A DNA stretch of 64,000 bases from contig JAJFGZ010000059.1 in assembly GCA_021775855.1 (NCBI GenBank), forward strand, positions 1,321 through 65,320, written 5' to 3'. Under the pieces are notes generated by a model. It was given only the letters and a program-made list of their open reading frames with translations. It was not told the origin of the DNA and made no database searches. The position numbers were made by a program, and so were the translations under genes. Below, piece by piece: positions 18,448 to 28,102 of the stretch; position 1 is the first letter of the stretch, and each line of letters starts with the position of its first letter. Origin of the DNA: Hyphomicrobiales bacterium. GTDB lineage: Bacteria; Pseudomonadota; Alphaproteobacteria; Rhizobiales; NORP267.

Positions 18448-19671
18448 ATGTCAGAGCTTCCAGATCAAGCCAATGTCGTCATCATCGGTGGCGGTGTCAT
18501 TGGCGCGAGTGTTGCCTGGCACCTCACCCAGCTTGGCTGCGAAGGCGTGTTGATCCTGGAGCGTGGGCAACTGGGTTGCGGGACCACCTGGCATTCGGCC
18601 GGCAACATCCTGCGCATGAGTTCTGACCCGAGAGAGGTTGAACTTTACACCTATGGCGTGGAATTGCTCTCATCCCTCCAGGAACGTCGCGATATTGGCT
18701 GGAAAAAATGCGGCCGTGTGATGATCGCGCGAACAGAGAAGAGGGTTGCCGAGTTCGATGCGATTGCAAGAACCTTGCAGGCGTGCGGCGTCCCGGTTGA
18801 TCGAATACAGGCAGACGCAGTCCACGATAAAGTTCCCGTTTTGCGTACAGACGATATCGTCGGTGCTTTATGGAGCCCGGATGACGGGCGGGTCAATCCG
18901 ACTGATCTGGTCGATGCCCTCGTCCGCGAGGCCAAAAACCGCGGCGCCCGGGTTTGCGAGGGTGTGGCTGTCGACCAGGTGTTGACCTCCAACGGGCAGG
19001 TCACGGGGATTTCCACCGATCGCGGGGATATTAGATGCGAGGCCGTTGTCAATTGCGCCGGTCTTTGGGCCCGGGATCTGGGTCTGCGCAACGACATCGA
19101 TATCCCTGTATACCCGGTCGAGCATTTTTACGTGTTGACCGATGTGGTCGAGGGCGTTGCCCCTGACATGCCGACATTTCGCGATCCCGACGGTCTGATC
19201 TATGGACGTGAAGAAACAGGCGGGCTGTTGTTTGGATGCTTTGACCGAAATGCAATTCCCGTCCGGCCTTCGGATCTGCCTGAACCCTTTGTCTTCTCGC
19301 TCCTGAACGAGAACTGGGATCAGTTCATGCCCTATATGGAAGAGGGACTACATCGCATTCCGGCACTAAAACACACGGGTATTCGGACCCTGTTGAACGG
19401 ACCGGAGGCTTTTACACCCGACACCGAGCCGGTGTTTGGCGAGGCACCGGGCCTGAAAAATTATTTCGTGCTGGCGGGTATGAGTTCAGCAGGTATCAGC
19501 CGATCCGCCGGGATGGGCCGGGCGCTTGCTAATTTGATTGTTGAGGGTGACGCGGGTTGTGATACGAGCAATTTCGACATCAGCCGATTTGGCCAGGAGA
19601 GCAATGACGAGGCCTATCTGCGTAAATGCGTCCGCGATGCGCCCAGTCGGCACTTCAATTTGGAGCATTGA
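18448..19671 (+). CDS. FAD-dependent oxidoreductase (dimethylglycine/sarcosine dehydrogenase N-terminal type, no GcvT domain)
   Basis: IIGGGVIG, GCGTTWHSAG, DGRVNPTDL, NGPEAFTPD. Confidence 0.88.
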   Translation: MSELPDQANVVIIGGGVIGASVAWHLTQLGCEGVLILERGQLGCGTTWHSAGNILRMSSDPREVELYTYGVELLSSLQERRDIGWKKCGRVMIARTEKRVAEFDAIARTLQACGVPVDRIQADAVHDKVPVLRTDDIVGALWSPDDGRVNPTDLVDALVREAKNRGARVCEGVAVDQVLTSNGQVTGISTDRGDIRCEAVVNCAGLWARDLGLRNDIDIPVYPVEHFYVLTDVVEGVAPDMPTFRDPDGLIYGREETGGLLFGCFDRNAIPVRPSDLPEPFVFSLLNENWDQFMPYMEEGLHRIPALKHTGIRTLLNGPEAFTPDTEPVFGEAPGLKNYFVLAGMSSAGISRSAGMGRALANLIVEGDAGCDTSNFDISRFGQESNDEAYLRKCVRDAPSRHFNLEH

Positions 19672-19688
19672 ATTTCCAATCCGTCCCC

Positions 19689-19925
19689 TCAAAACGCCTT
19701 GAAACAAATAATTGTGTGGGTGTTCTCGATGCCCTTGAAGCCCTGGATGTTCTCAGACACGAAATGGCCGATATCGGTTTCGTCGTCGACGTAGAACTTC
19801 ACCAGAAGATCATAGTCGCCGGCGGTTGAATATATCTCGGAGGCGATTTCGGCGTCGGCGATCTGGTTTGCCACGTCGTAGCATTTGCCGAGTTTGCATT
19901 TGAACTGGACGAAAAACGGAACCAT
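19689..19925 (-). CDS. Lrp/AsnC ligand-binding-domain protein
   Basis: EIYSTAGDYDLLVKF and GIENTHTII motifs; 78 aa, no HTH. Confidence 0.85.
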   Translation of the reverse strand: MVPFFVQFKCKLGKCYDVANQIADAEIASEIYSTAGDYDLLVKFYVDDETDIGHFVSENIQGFKGIENTHTIICFKAF

Positions 19926-20120
19926 TGGGCTTTCCTGTCGCGGTTATTGTTTGGCGGTCTTATCGCTATGATAATCGATGATGGTCGTCAATTTCTATAG
20001 CCATTCCGTCATTGCCGAAATGGTTATAGGTCGATTTCGCTCGCGGCTATTCCGCGTTTTCAAAGCGGGCCTGCGCGAGCACCGCGTGCGGGGGTTCGAT
20101 CCGTGCCGGGCAGGGCTTGC

Positions 20121-21011
20121 TTAGCTCTCGTCGCGGGCGATCACCGCCATGTCCGCGAATTGCTTGGTCATTTTGCTGTCCGGGTCGGACAACGCCTCGA
20201 TGACCGTGAAGTGGTTCTTGCCCTTGGCGGAATGATATTTTGTCTGCAGCCCGGATTTTTTCCAGCGTTTCACCAATTGCTTGCTCTGCCAGTGGAATGC
20301 CTCGCTCTCATCGCCACCAACCCATGCCTGCAACGTGCCGCTTGTTGGGGCGTCCCCCAGCAATGGGCTCCATGCAGTTGCCGTCTCCACGGTCATGCCC
20401 ACCTTGTCGTTGATGCTGGTTGCCACCAGATCGCGCAAATCGAACAGGCCGGAAATCGGCAAGCCATTGGTCACCAGATTTGATGGTGCGCCCGACGCGG
20501 CGAAGTCACGGGCCATCATGGCACCGGTTAAATGTCCGCCCGCTGAGTGTCCGCCAACAGCGATGCGGCGCCCGTAATTGCGCCAGATCCAGGTGCATGC
20601 AGCAGCCATCTGATCGGTGATCGCGCCGACATTGGTATCCGGGCAGAGGTCGTAGGACGGCATAAACAACGCAACCCCTCGCTGGTTCAGTCCGTTCGCC
20701 ATATGGCTGAAACTTTTCCGGTCCTGGGCCTGCCAATAACCGCCATGGATAAAGACAGCGATGGGGCAATTCTGCCGATCGGTATTGGTCGGCCAGAAAA
20801 TATCGAGCAGGGTCCGGACAGAGCCGCCGGCATGAGATTCCAGATAGGCGATATCGAGAGCGCATTCCGCGGTCTCCCGGTAGGCGGCGGCCTCGCCGAT
20901 CCATTTCTCGCCGATCTTGGGATAGTCCGGCACCGCCGCGCGGGCGTTGTAGGCCTTTTCACAAAGATCTGCGAAATCAGATTCGTCTGCTTTTCCAGCT
21001 ACCGTATACAT
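20121..21011 (-). CDS. Alpha/beta hydrolase (arylformamidase/kynurenine formamidase-like)
   Basis: FIHGGYWQ, GHSAGGHL, ISGLFDL, NHF. Confidence 0.88.
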   Translation of the reverse strand: MYTVAGKADESDFADLCEKAYNARAAVPDYPKIGEKWIGEAAAYRETAECALDIAYLESHAGGSVRTLLDIFWPTNTDRQNCPIAVFIHGGYWQAQDRKSFSHMANGLNQRGVALFMPSYDLCPDTNVGAITDQMAAACTWIWRNYGRRIAVGGHSAGGHLTGAMMARDFAASGAPSNLVTNGLPISGLFDLRDLVATSINDKVGMTVETATAWSPLLGDAPTSGTLQAWVGGDESEAFHWQSKQLVKRWKKSGLQTKYHSAKGKNHFTVIEALSDPDSKMTKQFADMAVIARDES

Positions 21012-21099
21012 GAGGTCCCCCGTTGACTGCCCCGGATTCTAACCCATGCCTGGATTGCTGCCTAGATTGTCATGCTGCGAAAATTCCTGTAGCAAGAGG

Positions 21100-21197
21100 C
21101 ATCTCGTTGGGGTGCCCGAAATGATCCGGGCTGAGAGGTGCGTCGTGTCAACCCATTGAACCTGATCCGGATTGTACCGGCGGAGGAAACTGAGATG
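21100..21197 (+). ncRNA. TPP riboswitch
   Basis: GGGGTGCCC...GGGCTGAGA...ACCCATTGAACCTGATCCGGATTGTACCGGCGGAGGAA consensus directly upstream of thiM. Confidence 0.93.
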
Positions 21198-21980
21198 GAT
21201 GGCCCTACAAAAGAAACAATAATTCAGGACGTGTTAGGCGAGCAGGGGGACGTCATTGCCCGGCTGCGCGAACTAAATCCCAAGGTCCATTGTGTCACCA
21301 ATCTCGCTGCCAATAATTTTACGGCCAATGTTATGCTGGCGCTTGGCGCGGTCCCCAGCCTGACATCGTCGCCGGAAGAAATACCGGATTTTGTTGCCCG
21401 CGCTGACGCGTTGCTGATCAATCTCGGGACACTCGATTCTGAGCGCAAGGATGCCATTAAAACCGGCGTTGAAGTAGCCACTGAATATGGCAAGCCCTGG
21501 GTGCTGGATGCAACTTACGCCAATGCGTCGACTGTCAGGCTTGAATTTGCCGCTTATCTGCTCGGGCTGCGGCCTCAGGTTATCAGGGCCAACCAGGTGG
21601 AAATCGCTTCGCTTTGTCAGGCACTTGAAGCTGACAATGCAGCCCGCGCACTCGCATTGGCGACCGGGAGCTGCGTCGCCGCGACGGGCGAAACCGATAT
21701 TGTGACTGACGGTGTTCTGGATTTCCATGTCGATGGAGGCGACGCCATCATGACCCAGGTGACGGCTGTTGGGTGCGTGACCAGCGCGATCATAACCGCC
21801 ATGCTGACGGTCGAACCAGACCCCGTCAAAGCCGCGCTTGTAGGCCTGATCATTGCAAGCAGCGCGGGCGAGATAGCGGCCAAGCGTGCCCGTGGTCCCG
21901 GATCGTTTCAGGTCGAATTTCTGGACGCCCTTTATGCATTGGATGACACCACACTTCGCCAAAGGAAACGCGTGTCGTGA
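21195..21980 (+). CDS. thiM: Hydroxyethylthiazole kinase
   Basis: VHCVTN, ANVMLALGAVP, INLGTL, KPWVLD, VTAVGC, GPGSFQVEFLDALY. Confidence 0.92.
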   Translation: MDGPTKETIIQDVLGEQGDVIARLRELNPKVHCVTNLAANNFTANVMLALGAVPSLTSSPEEIPDFVARADALLINLGTLDSERKDAIKTGVEVATEYGKPWVLDATYANASTVRLEFAAYLLGLRPQVIRANQVEIASLCQALEADNAARALALATGSCVAATGETDIVTDGVLDFHVDGGDAIMTQVTAVGCVTSAIITAMLTVEPDPVKAALVGLIIASSAGEIAAKRARGPGSFQVEFLDALYALDDTTLRQRKRVS

Positions 21981-22642
21981 AAAAACCGGATATACGGCTT
22001 TACGGATTGATCGACCCGGACAATTCAGGCGGGCATGACCTTCTGTGGCTTACCGAGGGCATCGCCAGGGGCGGTGTTACGATGATTCAGTTACGCGATA
22101 AGAAAAGCGAAACGGCAGACTTTATTCGCCTTGCCAAGGATATCAAGGCCATCCTCAATCCGCTTCACGTGCCATTGCTAATCAACGACCGGGTCGACGT
22201 CGCGTTTGCCGCCGGTGCCGACGGTGTGCATCTCGGGCAGAACGATCTGGATCCAGAAAGCGCCCGCCGGATCCTTGGCCGAGATGCGATTATCGGGCTG
22301 ACCGTCCGGGACCAGGCCGAGGCCGATGCCGCGCCGCTGGACATAATCGACTATGTCGGGCTTGGCGGCGTATTCGACACGGCGAGCAAGGTCAACCAAG
22401 CGCCGCCGATTGGTCTTGAGGGCCTGCAATCTTTGTCTGAATCTCTCAGGGCGCGGAGGCCCGGTCTGACGATTTGTGCCATTGCCGGGATTTCAATTGG
22501 AAATACGCCGAGCGTTCTCGACGCCGGGGCTGACGGCGTGGCAGTAATTTCGGCGCTGTCCGGCGTCGCGGATCCGACCGGGGCGGCTCGCGATTTCAGG
22601 GCGGCGATCGATACCGCGCTTACGGTCAGGGGGGCGGCATGA
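21977..22642 (+). CDS. thiE: Thiamine-phosphate synthase
   Basis: QLRDK, LINDRVDVA..GADGVHLGQND, GADGVAVISA. Confidence 0.94.
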   Translation: MKKPDIRLYGLIDPDNSGGHDLLWLTEGIARGGVTMIQLRDKKSETADFIRLAKDIKAILNPLHVPLLINDRVDVAFAAGADGVHLGQNDLDPESARRILGRDAIIGLTVRDQAEADAAPLDIIDYVGLGGVFDTASKVNQAPPIGLEGLQSLSESLRARRPGLTICAIAGISIGNTPSVLDAGADGVAVISALSGVADPTGAARDFRAAIDTALTVRGAA

Positions 22643-23505
22643 CCGCGATCGCCGTTACCATTGCGGGGTCCGATTCATCCGGTGGCGCCGGGATCCAGGC
22701 AGATTTGAAAACCTTCTCCGCGCTCAATGTTTATGGCGCGAGCGTCATCACCTCGCTGACCGCGCAAAATACGCATGGTGTGCAGGGCGTCCATGACGTA
22801 CCGCCAGAATTTGTCGAACAGCAAATGGAATCGGTTTTTTCCGATCTCGCCGTCAGCGCTGTGAAAATCGGCATGATCGGGTTTGCGGAAACCGCCGAGA
22901 TCGTGGCTGAAAATCTGGATCGCTTCGATCAACGCCGGGTCGTGCTTGATCCAGTCATGATCGCGACCAGCGGTGACCCGTTGATCGATGAAGATGCGAT
23001 TGCCGCAGTGCGCGATATCCTGATCCCGCGGGCCATGCTGATCACCCCGAACCTGGCGGAAGCAGCCAGTCTGCTGGAAACCGGGATTGCGGAAACGGTA
23101 GAGGAAATGGCCGAGCAGGCAGAGGCGTTGTTTGATTATGGGCCGCAGGCCGTGCTGATAAAAGGCGGCCACCAGATCAACGCCGAAGAGGCGGTCGATA
23201 TTTATTTCGACGGCTCCGAACCCGCCCGGCTGAGCGCCGATCTGATATCGACTGAGAATACCCATGGCACAGGGTGTACGCTCTCGTCAGCAATTGCCGC
23301 GGCGCTCGCCCATGATTTTACCCTGCCCAAGGCGCTGGCCCATGCCAAGGCGTATATCACCGAAGCGATTCGTCACGCCGACGAGATCATTGTCGGGTCT
23401 GGTTCCGGCCCGGTTCACCATTTCCATGCGGTTTGGGGATACCTTCCGGTGCTCGGCGAGCCCGCGTCAAAATCCGTGGAATCGGCCGACGACACCGAGG
23501 AATAA
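22639..23505 (+). CDS. thiD: Hydroxymethylpyrimidine/phosphomethylpyrimidine kinase
   Basis: TIAGSDSSGGAGIQADLKTF, DPVM, ITPNL.EA, THGTGCTLS. Confidence 0.95.
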   Translation: MTAIAVTIAGSDSSGGAGIQADLKTFSALNVYGASVITSLTAQNTHGVQGVHDVPPEFVEQQMESVFSDLAVSAVKIGMIGFAETAEIVAENLDRFDQRRVVLDPVMIATSGDPLIDEDAIAAVRDILIPRAMLITPNLAEAASLLETGIAETVEEMAEQAEALFDYGPQAVLIKGGHQINAEEAVDIYFDGSEPARLSADLISTENTHGTGCTLSSAIAAALAHDFTLPKALAHAKAYITEAIRHADEIIVGSGSGPVHHFHAVWGYLPVLGEPASKSVESADDTEE

Positions 23506-23547
23506 GAATATTCCCGGCAAAAGGTGAAAAGACTGATCAGTCGTTAT

Positions 23548-24282
23548 TTAAATCCGAATGGTTGATCGCGGCGCGGTCACCGGGCTCTGTTTCGGCTGGC
23601 CGTTCTGGGTCCAGTGGATACCGCATTCTTTTTTACCAGTCCCACGCCAGCGTCCGGCACGGACATCTTCACCGGGTTGAACTGGGGTTGTGCACGGCAG
23701 ACATCCGATCGACGGATAGCCCATCTCGACCAGTGGGTGACGGGGCAGGGCGTGTTGCTCGAAATAGCGATCCACGTCCGGGCGGCTCCATCCGGCAAGG
23801 GGGTTGACCTTGAGCCGCCAGTCGACCTCTTCCAGCATTGCGATGCTTGCACGGGTCTCGCCGTGCATCTGTTTGCGGCCGGTGATCAGCGCCTGATAGC
23901 CGCGCAAGGCACGTTCCAGAGGTTCGATCTTGCGGATATGGCAGCAGGCATCAGGATCGCTCGCGTTGAGGTTCTCGTCGGGATCATAGGTCCCGATAAC
24001 GGCTTCATCAGGTTGGATGGACACCACATTTTTTAGGCCAAGCGTTTCCGTTAGTTGATCCCTGTAGGCGAGGGTCTCGGGAAACAGACGACCTGTATCG
24101 ACCATGATGACTGGGGTTTCGGGATCAATGCGTGCAACCATATGGGCAAGAATCGCGGCCTCTGCGCCAAACGAAGAGACAAGCGCGATCCGACCCGGGA
24201 AGACTTTGCGGATCATAATTTTGAGAAGTTTTTCTCCTTCAAGATGGCCAAAGTCTGCGATGGCTTTTCGGTATCCGTTCAT
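23548..24282 (-). CDS. cysH: APS/PAPS reductase (4Fe-4S type)
   Basis: SSFGAE, CCHIRK, SIGCLPCT, RAGRW, ECGIH. Confidence 0.93.
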   Translation of the reverse strand: MNGYRKAIADFGHLEGEKLLKIMIRKVFPGRIALVSSFGAEAAILAHMVARIDPETPVIMVDTGRLFPETLAYRDQLTETLGLKNVVSIQPDEAVIGTYDPDENLNASDPDACCHIRKIEPLERALRGYQALITGRKQMHGETRASIAMLEEVDWRLKVNPLAGWSRPDVDRYFEQHALPRHPLVEMGYPSIGCLPCTTPVQPGEDVRAGRWRGTGKKECGIHWTQNGQPKQSPVTAPRSTIRI

Positions 24283-24794
24283 GAACCAGCATACCTCCGC
24301 TTGTTAAAAATCTCGGCTGGAGCAAATCCCTGCCGTGCGACAAAGTCTGGCTGGTACGTAAGCGACATGGCGGTTGCCGTGCGTTGCCAAATATCCAGGG
24401 GTTGGTAGTCCGAGCGGATTTCAAAGGCGTCGAACCCGACCTGACGCATGAAAGCGACCTGATCGGCGAGCACATCGCCGGTTGCGCGGAGTTCCCCGGT
24501 AAAACCCAATTGTGTGCGGATGACGCGGGCAAGCGAATAGGCGCGCCCGTCGGTATAGGCCGCAAATTCCAGTGCGATGACTTGAAGGCCGCTGACAAAC
24601 GGCGTCAAGGTAGCAGGATCGGAATCTACCGGAAAACGCACGCCCAACCGCCCGGTGTCTGCAGCGAGCAGGGCGTAATCCTGCCGCAACCGATCCCAGG
24701 ATACAATCACCGACGCGCCTTCAGGAAAGGACGCCCCGTCTTCCAGATCGAGGAAGGAATCGTCCTCGATTATTCCGCCTTTAAGCAGTGGCAT
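24279..24794 (-). CDS. DUF934 family protein
   Basis: ALEFAAYTDGRAYSLAR, GELRATGDVLADQ, GFDAF; follows sulfite reductase. Confidence 0.88.
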   Translation of the reverse strand: MPLLKGGIIEDDSFLDLEDGASFPEGASVIVSWDRLRQDYALLAADTGRLGVRFPVDSDPATLTPFVSGLQVIALEFAAYTDGRAYSLARVIRTQLGFTGELRATGDVLADQVAFMRQVGFDAFEIRSDYQPLDIWQRTATAMSLTYQPDFVARQGFAPAEIFNKRRYAGS

Positions 24795-26427
24795 AGAGCG
24801 CCTCCTTGAATGGGTCCGCGCCAACCCGGCGATAGGTATCCAGAAACCGTTCGTCGCCGGTCCTGATCGATTGGTAGGTATCTACTAGTGTCTCAACCGC
24901 TCCATCGATTTTGTCGTAGGAAAATCCCGGCCCGAGGATCTCCCCGATAGAGGCGTTCTCGTCGCCCGATCCGCCAAGAGTGATCTGGTAATATTCCTTG
25001 CCCGCCTTATCGAGCCCAAGGATACCGATATGGCCTACGTGATGGTGGCCGCAGGCATTGATGCAGCCGGAGATTTTGATTTTCAACGGACCCACGTCGT
25101 TCTCGCGGGCTTCCAGCCGCTTCGAGATGTTCTGCGCAACAGGGATCGAACGGGCCGTCGCCAACGAACAATAATCCAAGCCGGGGCAAGCGATGATATC
25201 GCTCGCAAGCCCGGCATTGGCGGTGCCGAGACCGGCATCCGCAAGGGCTTTGTAAAGATGGTGCAGGTCCGCCTTTCGCACATGAGGCAGCACGATATTC
25301 TGTTCATGGGTCGTGCGGATTTCATCATGGCTGTAGAGCGTGGCCAGGTTGGCAATCAGGTGCATCTGATCGGACGTGGCGTCGCCGGGGATGCCGCCGA
25401 TGGGTTTCAGCGAGATGGTGACAATGGTATGGCCGGGGACTTTGTGATCTACACTATTGTTCTGAATCCAACGGGCAAACGCCTGATTTTCCGCCAAGTC
25501 GGATTGTAGCGTCCCTTCATCTGCGCTTTCCTCAAGCGGGGGCGGCGCAAAGAAAGCCCGGATCCGGTCAAGTTCGCTGCGCACATTGTCTGGATCGATA
25601 TGGTCGATCTTGGCGAATTCGGCATCGACCTGACGGGTCAGCTCCTCGAGCCCGAGTGCCTGGAGCAGGATTTTGATCCGCGCCTTGTATTTGTTGTCGC
25701 GCCGGCCGTGGCGGTTATAGACGCGCATTAGGGCTTCAAGATACCCGAGCAGATCGCCAAGCGGCAGCCAGTCCCGGATAACGGATGCGATCAGCGGCGT
25801 ACGGCCGAGCCCACCACCGACCCATACCCGGACGCCCGCTTCTCCGGCGTCATTCTCGCAAAGCTGCAAGCCCACATCGTGCACCTTGATGGCGGCACGG
25901 TCGCCTTCGGATGCCGTGATCGCGACCTTGAATTTGCGCGGCAGGAATGAGAATTCCGGGTGAAGTGACGACCATTGGCGGATCAATTCAGCGACCGCGC
26001 GCGGGTCCTCGGCTTCTCCCGCGATGGCGCCCGCATACGGGTCCGTGGTGACGTTGCGGATGCAGTTTCCCGAGGTCTGGATGGCGTGCATCTCGACGGA
26101 TGCCAGTTCCTCGAGGATATCGGGAATGTTGCTCAACCCCATCCAGTTCAGCTGGATATTCTGGCGGGTTGTGAAATGGCCATAAGAGCGGTCAAACCGG
26201 TCTGCTATATCGGCGAGTTTGTGCATCTGGGCCCCCGACAGGGTCCCGTACGGGATCGCAATCCGCAGCATATAGGCGTGGAGCTGGAGATAGACGCCGT
26301 TCATCAGGCGCAAAGGGCGGAACTGTTCTTCGCTCAATTCGCCCTTGAGCCGCCGCGCGATCTGGTCGCGGAACTGGTTGGTACGTTCGCTGACAAACCG
26401 AGCGTCAAAATTGTCATATCTGTACAA
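24781..26427 (-). CDS. cysI: Sulfite/nitrite reductase hemoprotein
   Basis: HFTTRQNIQ, TSGNCIRNV, LPRKFK, ACPGLDYCSLA, SGCINACGHH; TTG 26427 after GGGAG. Confidence 0.93.
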   Translation of the reverse strand: MYRYDNFDARFVSERTNQFRDQIARRLKGELSEEQFRPLRLMNGVYLQLHAYMLRIAIPYGTLSGAQMHKLADIADRFDRSYGHFTTRQNIQLNWMGLSNIPDILEELASVEMHAIQTSGNCIRNVTTDPYAGAIAGEAEDPRAVAELIRQWSSLHPEFSFLPRKFKVAITASEGDRAAIKVHDVGLQLCENDAGEAGVRVWVGGGLGRTPLIASVIRDWLPLGDLLGYLEALMRVYNRHGRRDNKYKARIKILLQALGLEELTRQVDAEFAKIDHIDPDNVRSELDRIRAFFAPPPLEESADEGTLQSDLAENQAFARWIQNNSVDHKVPGHTIVTISLKPIGGIPGDATSDQMHLIANLATLYSHDEIRTTHEQNIVLPHVRKADLHHLYKALADAGLGTANAGLASDIIACPGLDYCSLATARSIPVAQNISKRLEARENDVGPLKIKISGCINACGHHHVGHIGILGLDKAGKEYYQITLGGSGDENASIGEILGPGFSYDKIDGAVETLVDTYQSIRTGDERFLDTYRRVGADPFKEALYATA

Positions 26428-26758
26428 TTTCTTCTCCCGTGTATGCGTAAGTATCCGGTTTCCAGGTGCCGCTCTGATAGCCAAGGTCCAGGCGAACCGT
26501 TGGGCCCAGTGTACGCATGCGCTCCCGCGTCTTGATTGGGATGTTCGTGTTTTCGTTTGCTTCCACCTCGACAAGGTAGGGTTCAATCACAAGGCTTGCG
26601 GCCTTTGCCGCGCTCCCCGACTGGTCGAGGCGGGTTTTGTCTTCAGGCGAGGACGCGCGAACGGCATGGTTGGCGTTCGAGACCCAGATGCCGTTTTCAC
26701 CAAGGAATACAACATGGCCTTCGGCTAGATGATTTGCGGTCAGGATGTGGGTGGTCAT
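26414..26758 (-). CDS. DUF2849 family protein
   Basis: ILTANHL.EG.VVFL, VIEPYLVEV, RERMRTLGPTV; cys context. Confidence 0.88.
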   Translation of the reverse strand: MTTHILTANHLAEGHVVFLGENGIWVSNANHAVRASSPEDKTRLDQSGSAAKAASLVIEPYLVEVEANENTNIPIKTRERMRTLGPTVRLDLGYQSGTWKPDTYAYTGEEIVQI

Positions 26759-27906
26759 TTGGAGTTCCCGGAGTTCGAATGTTGGTCAATAATGACGGGA
26801 GGGGCGATGTATGCCGGCGGGCACCCGTGCATATCGTACTCGGTACGGGGAATGGTGCGCCGGTCCGCCTGTGGGAGCGAGGCGGACGCGGCGCAGGCCA
26901 TGTCGGCGGAGATTCCGGGAATCAGAGTAACCTCGATCCCGGCTTGCTCGAGGGCAGCAAGGTCTTCGCCGACATGGTCATTGTCACACGGATCCCTATT
27001 CACGAGACGGACGACAACGTTGCCGGCACAGGCTTCGCGAATGAGGATCCCGGTAATTTCGTTGTGCTGGATCAGCGGTTTGCCCAGATCGATGAAGCGT
27101 GCGTCGCGGCGGGCGCCATCGAGAATCGCTTTGTGCACACGCTGGTCGTGGACAACCACATCGGCATTCTGGAGCAGGCGGTGGGCCTTCAGGGTGAGAA
27201 GTTCGGGGTCACCGGACCCGGCGCCGACCAGCCAGACGTGGCCATTTGCCGCTTTTGGTTGCCCCTGCGCTTTTTGCGTATGGCTGGCAAGAAGGGTCAT
27301 TGCCTCGATCTTCGCCGCTTCCGTTTCGTCGGCTAGTAACTTTCTGCCAGGCGGCCCGCTGAGAAATTGCCGCCAGAATGACCGCCGGGCATTGCGGGGC
27401 AGGGCGTTGGCGACGGTCTTGCGCCAGGCACCAGCAAACCGCGCCGTCGCACCAAGCCGGGCCGGCAATTCACGATCAATTTTTGCCTGGACGTCGCGTG
27501 CCAGTAGAGGGGCATTGCCTTCGGTACCTATCGCTACAACAAGCGGGTCGCGGTCGACAATGGCCGGCATCAGGAAATCACACAGGTCTTGCTGATCAAT
27601 GGCATTGACCAGGATACCCTCCGCACGAGCCATCTCCGAGATCTGCCGGTCGGACGCGGGATCACCTGAAGCGGCAAAAACATAATCTACGCCGAGCATG
27701 TCGACTGGCTCGGGTGCTCGGGCGATGACCTCAACATCCTGCTCCAGAGCCAAACCGGCAAGCTCCTCTGTGATCGTCTTTCCTACCAGCTTAATTCTGG
27801 CTTCCGATTTGGCCAGAAGACGCAACCGGGTCAGAGCCTGATGGCCGCCGCCGGTGATCAGGATGGTTTTGCCTCTAAGGTCAATAAAGAGTGGAAAATA
27901 TTTCAT
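26755..27906 (-). CDS. cysG: Siroheme synthase-like protein with degenerate, truncated methyltransferase domain
   Basis: YFPLFIDL, NAIDQQDLCDFLMPAIVDR, VWLVGAGSGDPELLTLKA; 383 aa; RLVNRDP instead of RLKGGDP. Confidence 0.8.
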   Translation of the reverse strand: MKYFPLFIDLRGKTILITGGGHQALTRLRLLAKSEARIKLVGKTITEELAGLALEQDVEVIARAPEPVDMLGVDYVFAASGDPASDRQISEMARAEGILVNAIDQQDLCDFLMPAIVDRDPLVVAIGTEGNAPLLARDVQAKIDRELPARLGATARFAGAWRKTVANALPRNARRSFWRQFLSGPPGRKLLADETEAAKIEAMTLLASHTQKAQGQPKAANGHVWLVGAGSGDPELLTLKAHRLLQNADVVVHDQRVHKAILDGARRDARFIDLGKPLIQHNEITGILIREACAGNVVVRLVNRDPCDNDHVGEDLAALEQAGIEVTLIPGISADMACAASASLPQADRRTIPRTEYDMHGCPPAYIAPPVIIDQHSNSGNSK

Positions 27907-28102
27907 AATTACCGGGTCTGTCTGTTATTCGTCCATTGGTTCTGTAATCAGAACGATTGGGGTGGGACTTTCCCTCACTCAAAAACTGAGGAAATTGGCC
28001 AATAAAACCATGTTGTGAAAATGTTCTTCAGGTTGTATCATCCTATACACGCCATTTGGTAAATAAAAAGTACGTTCGTACTATATAACATACGATTGAA
28101 AA

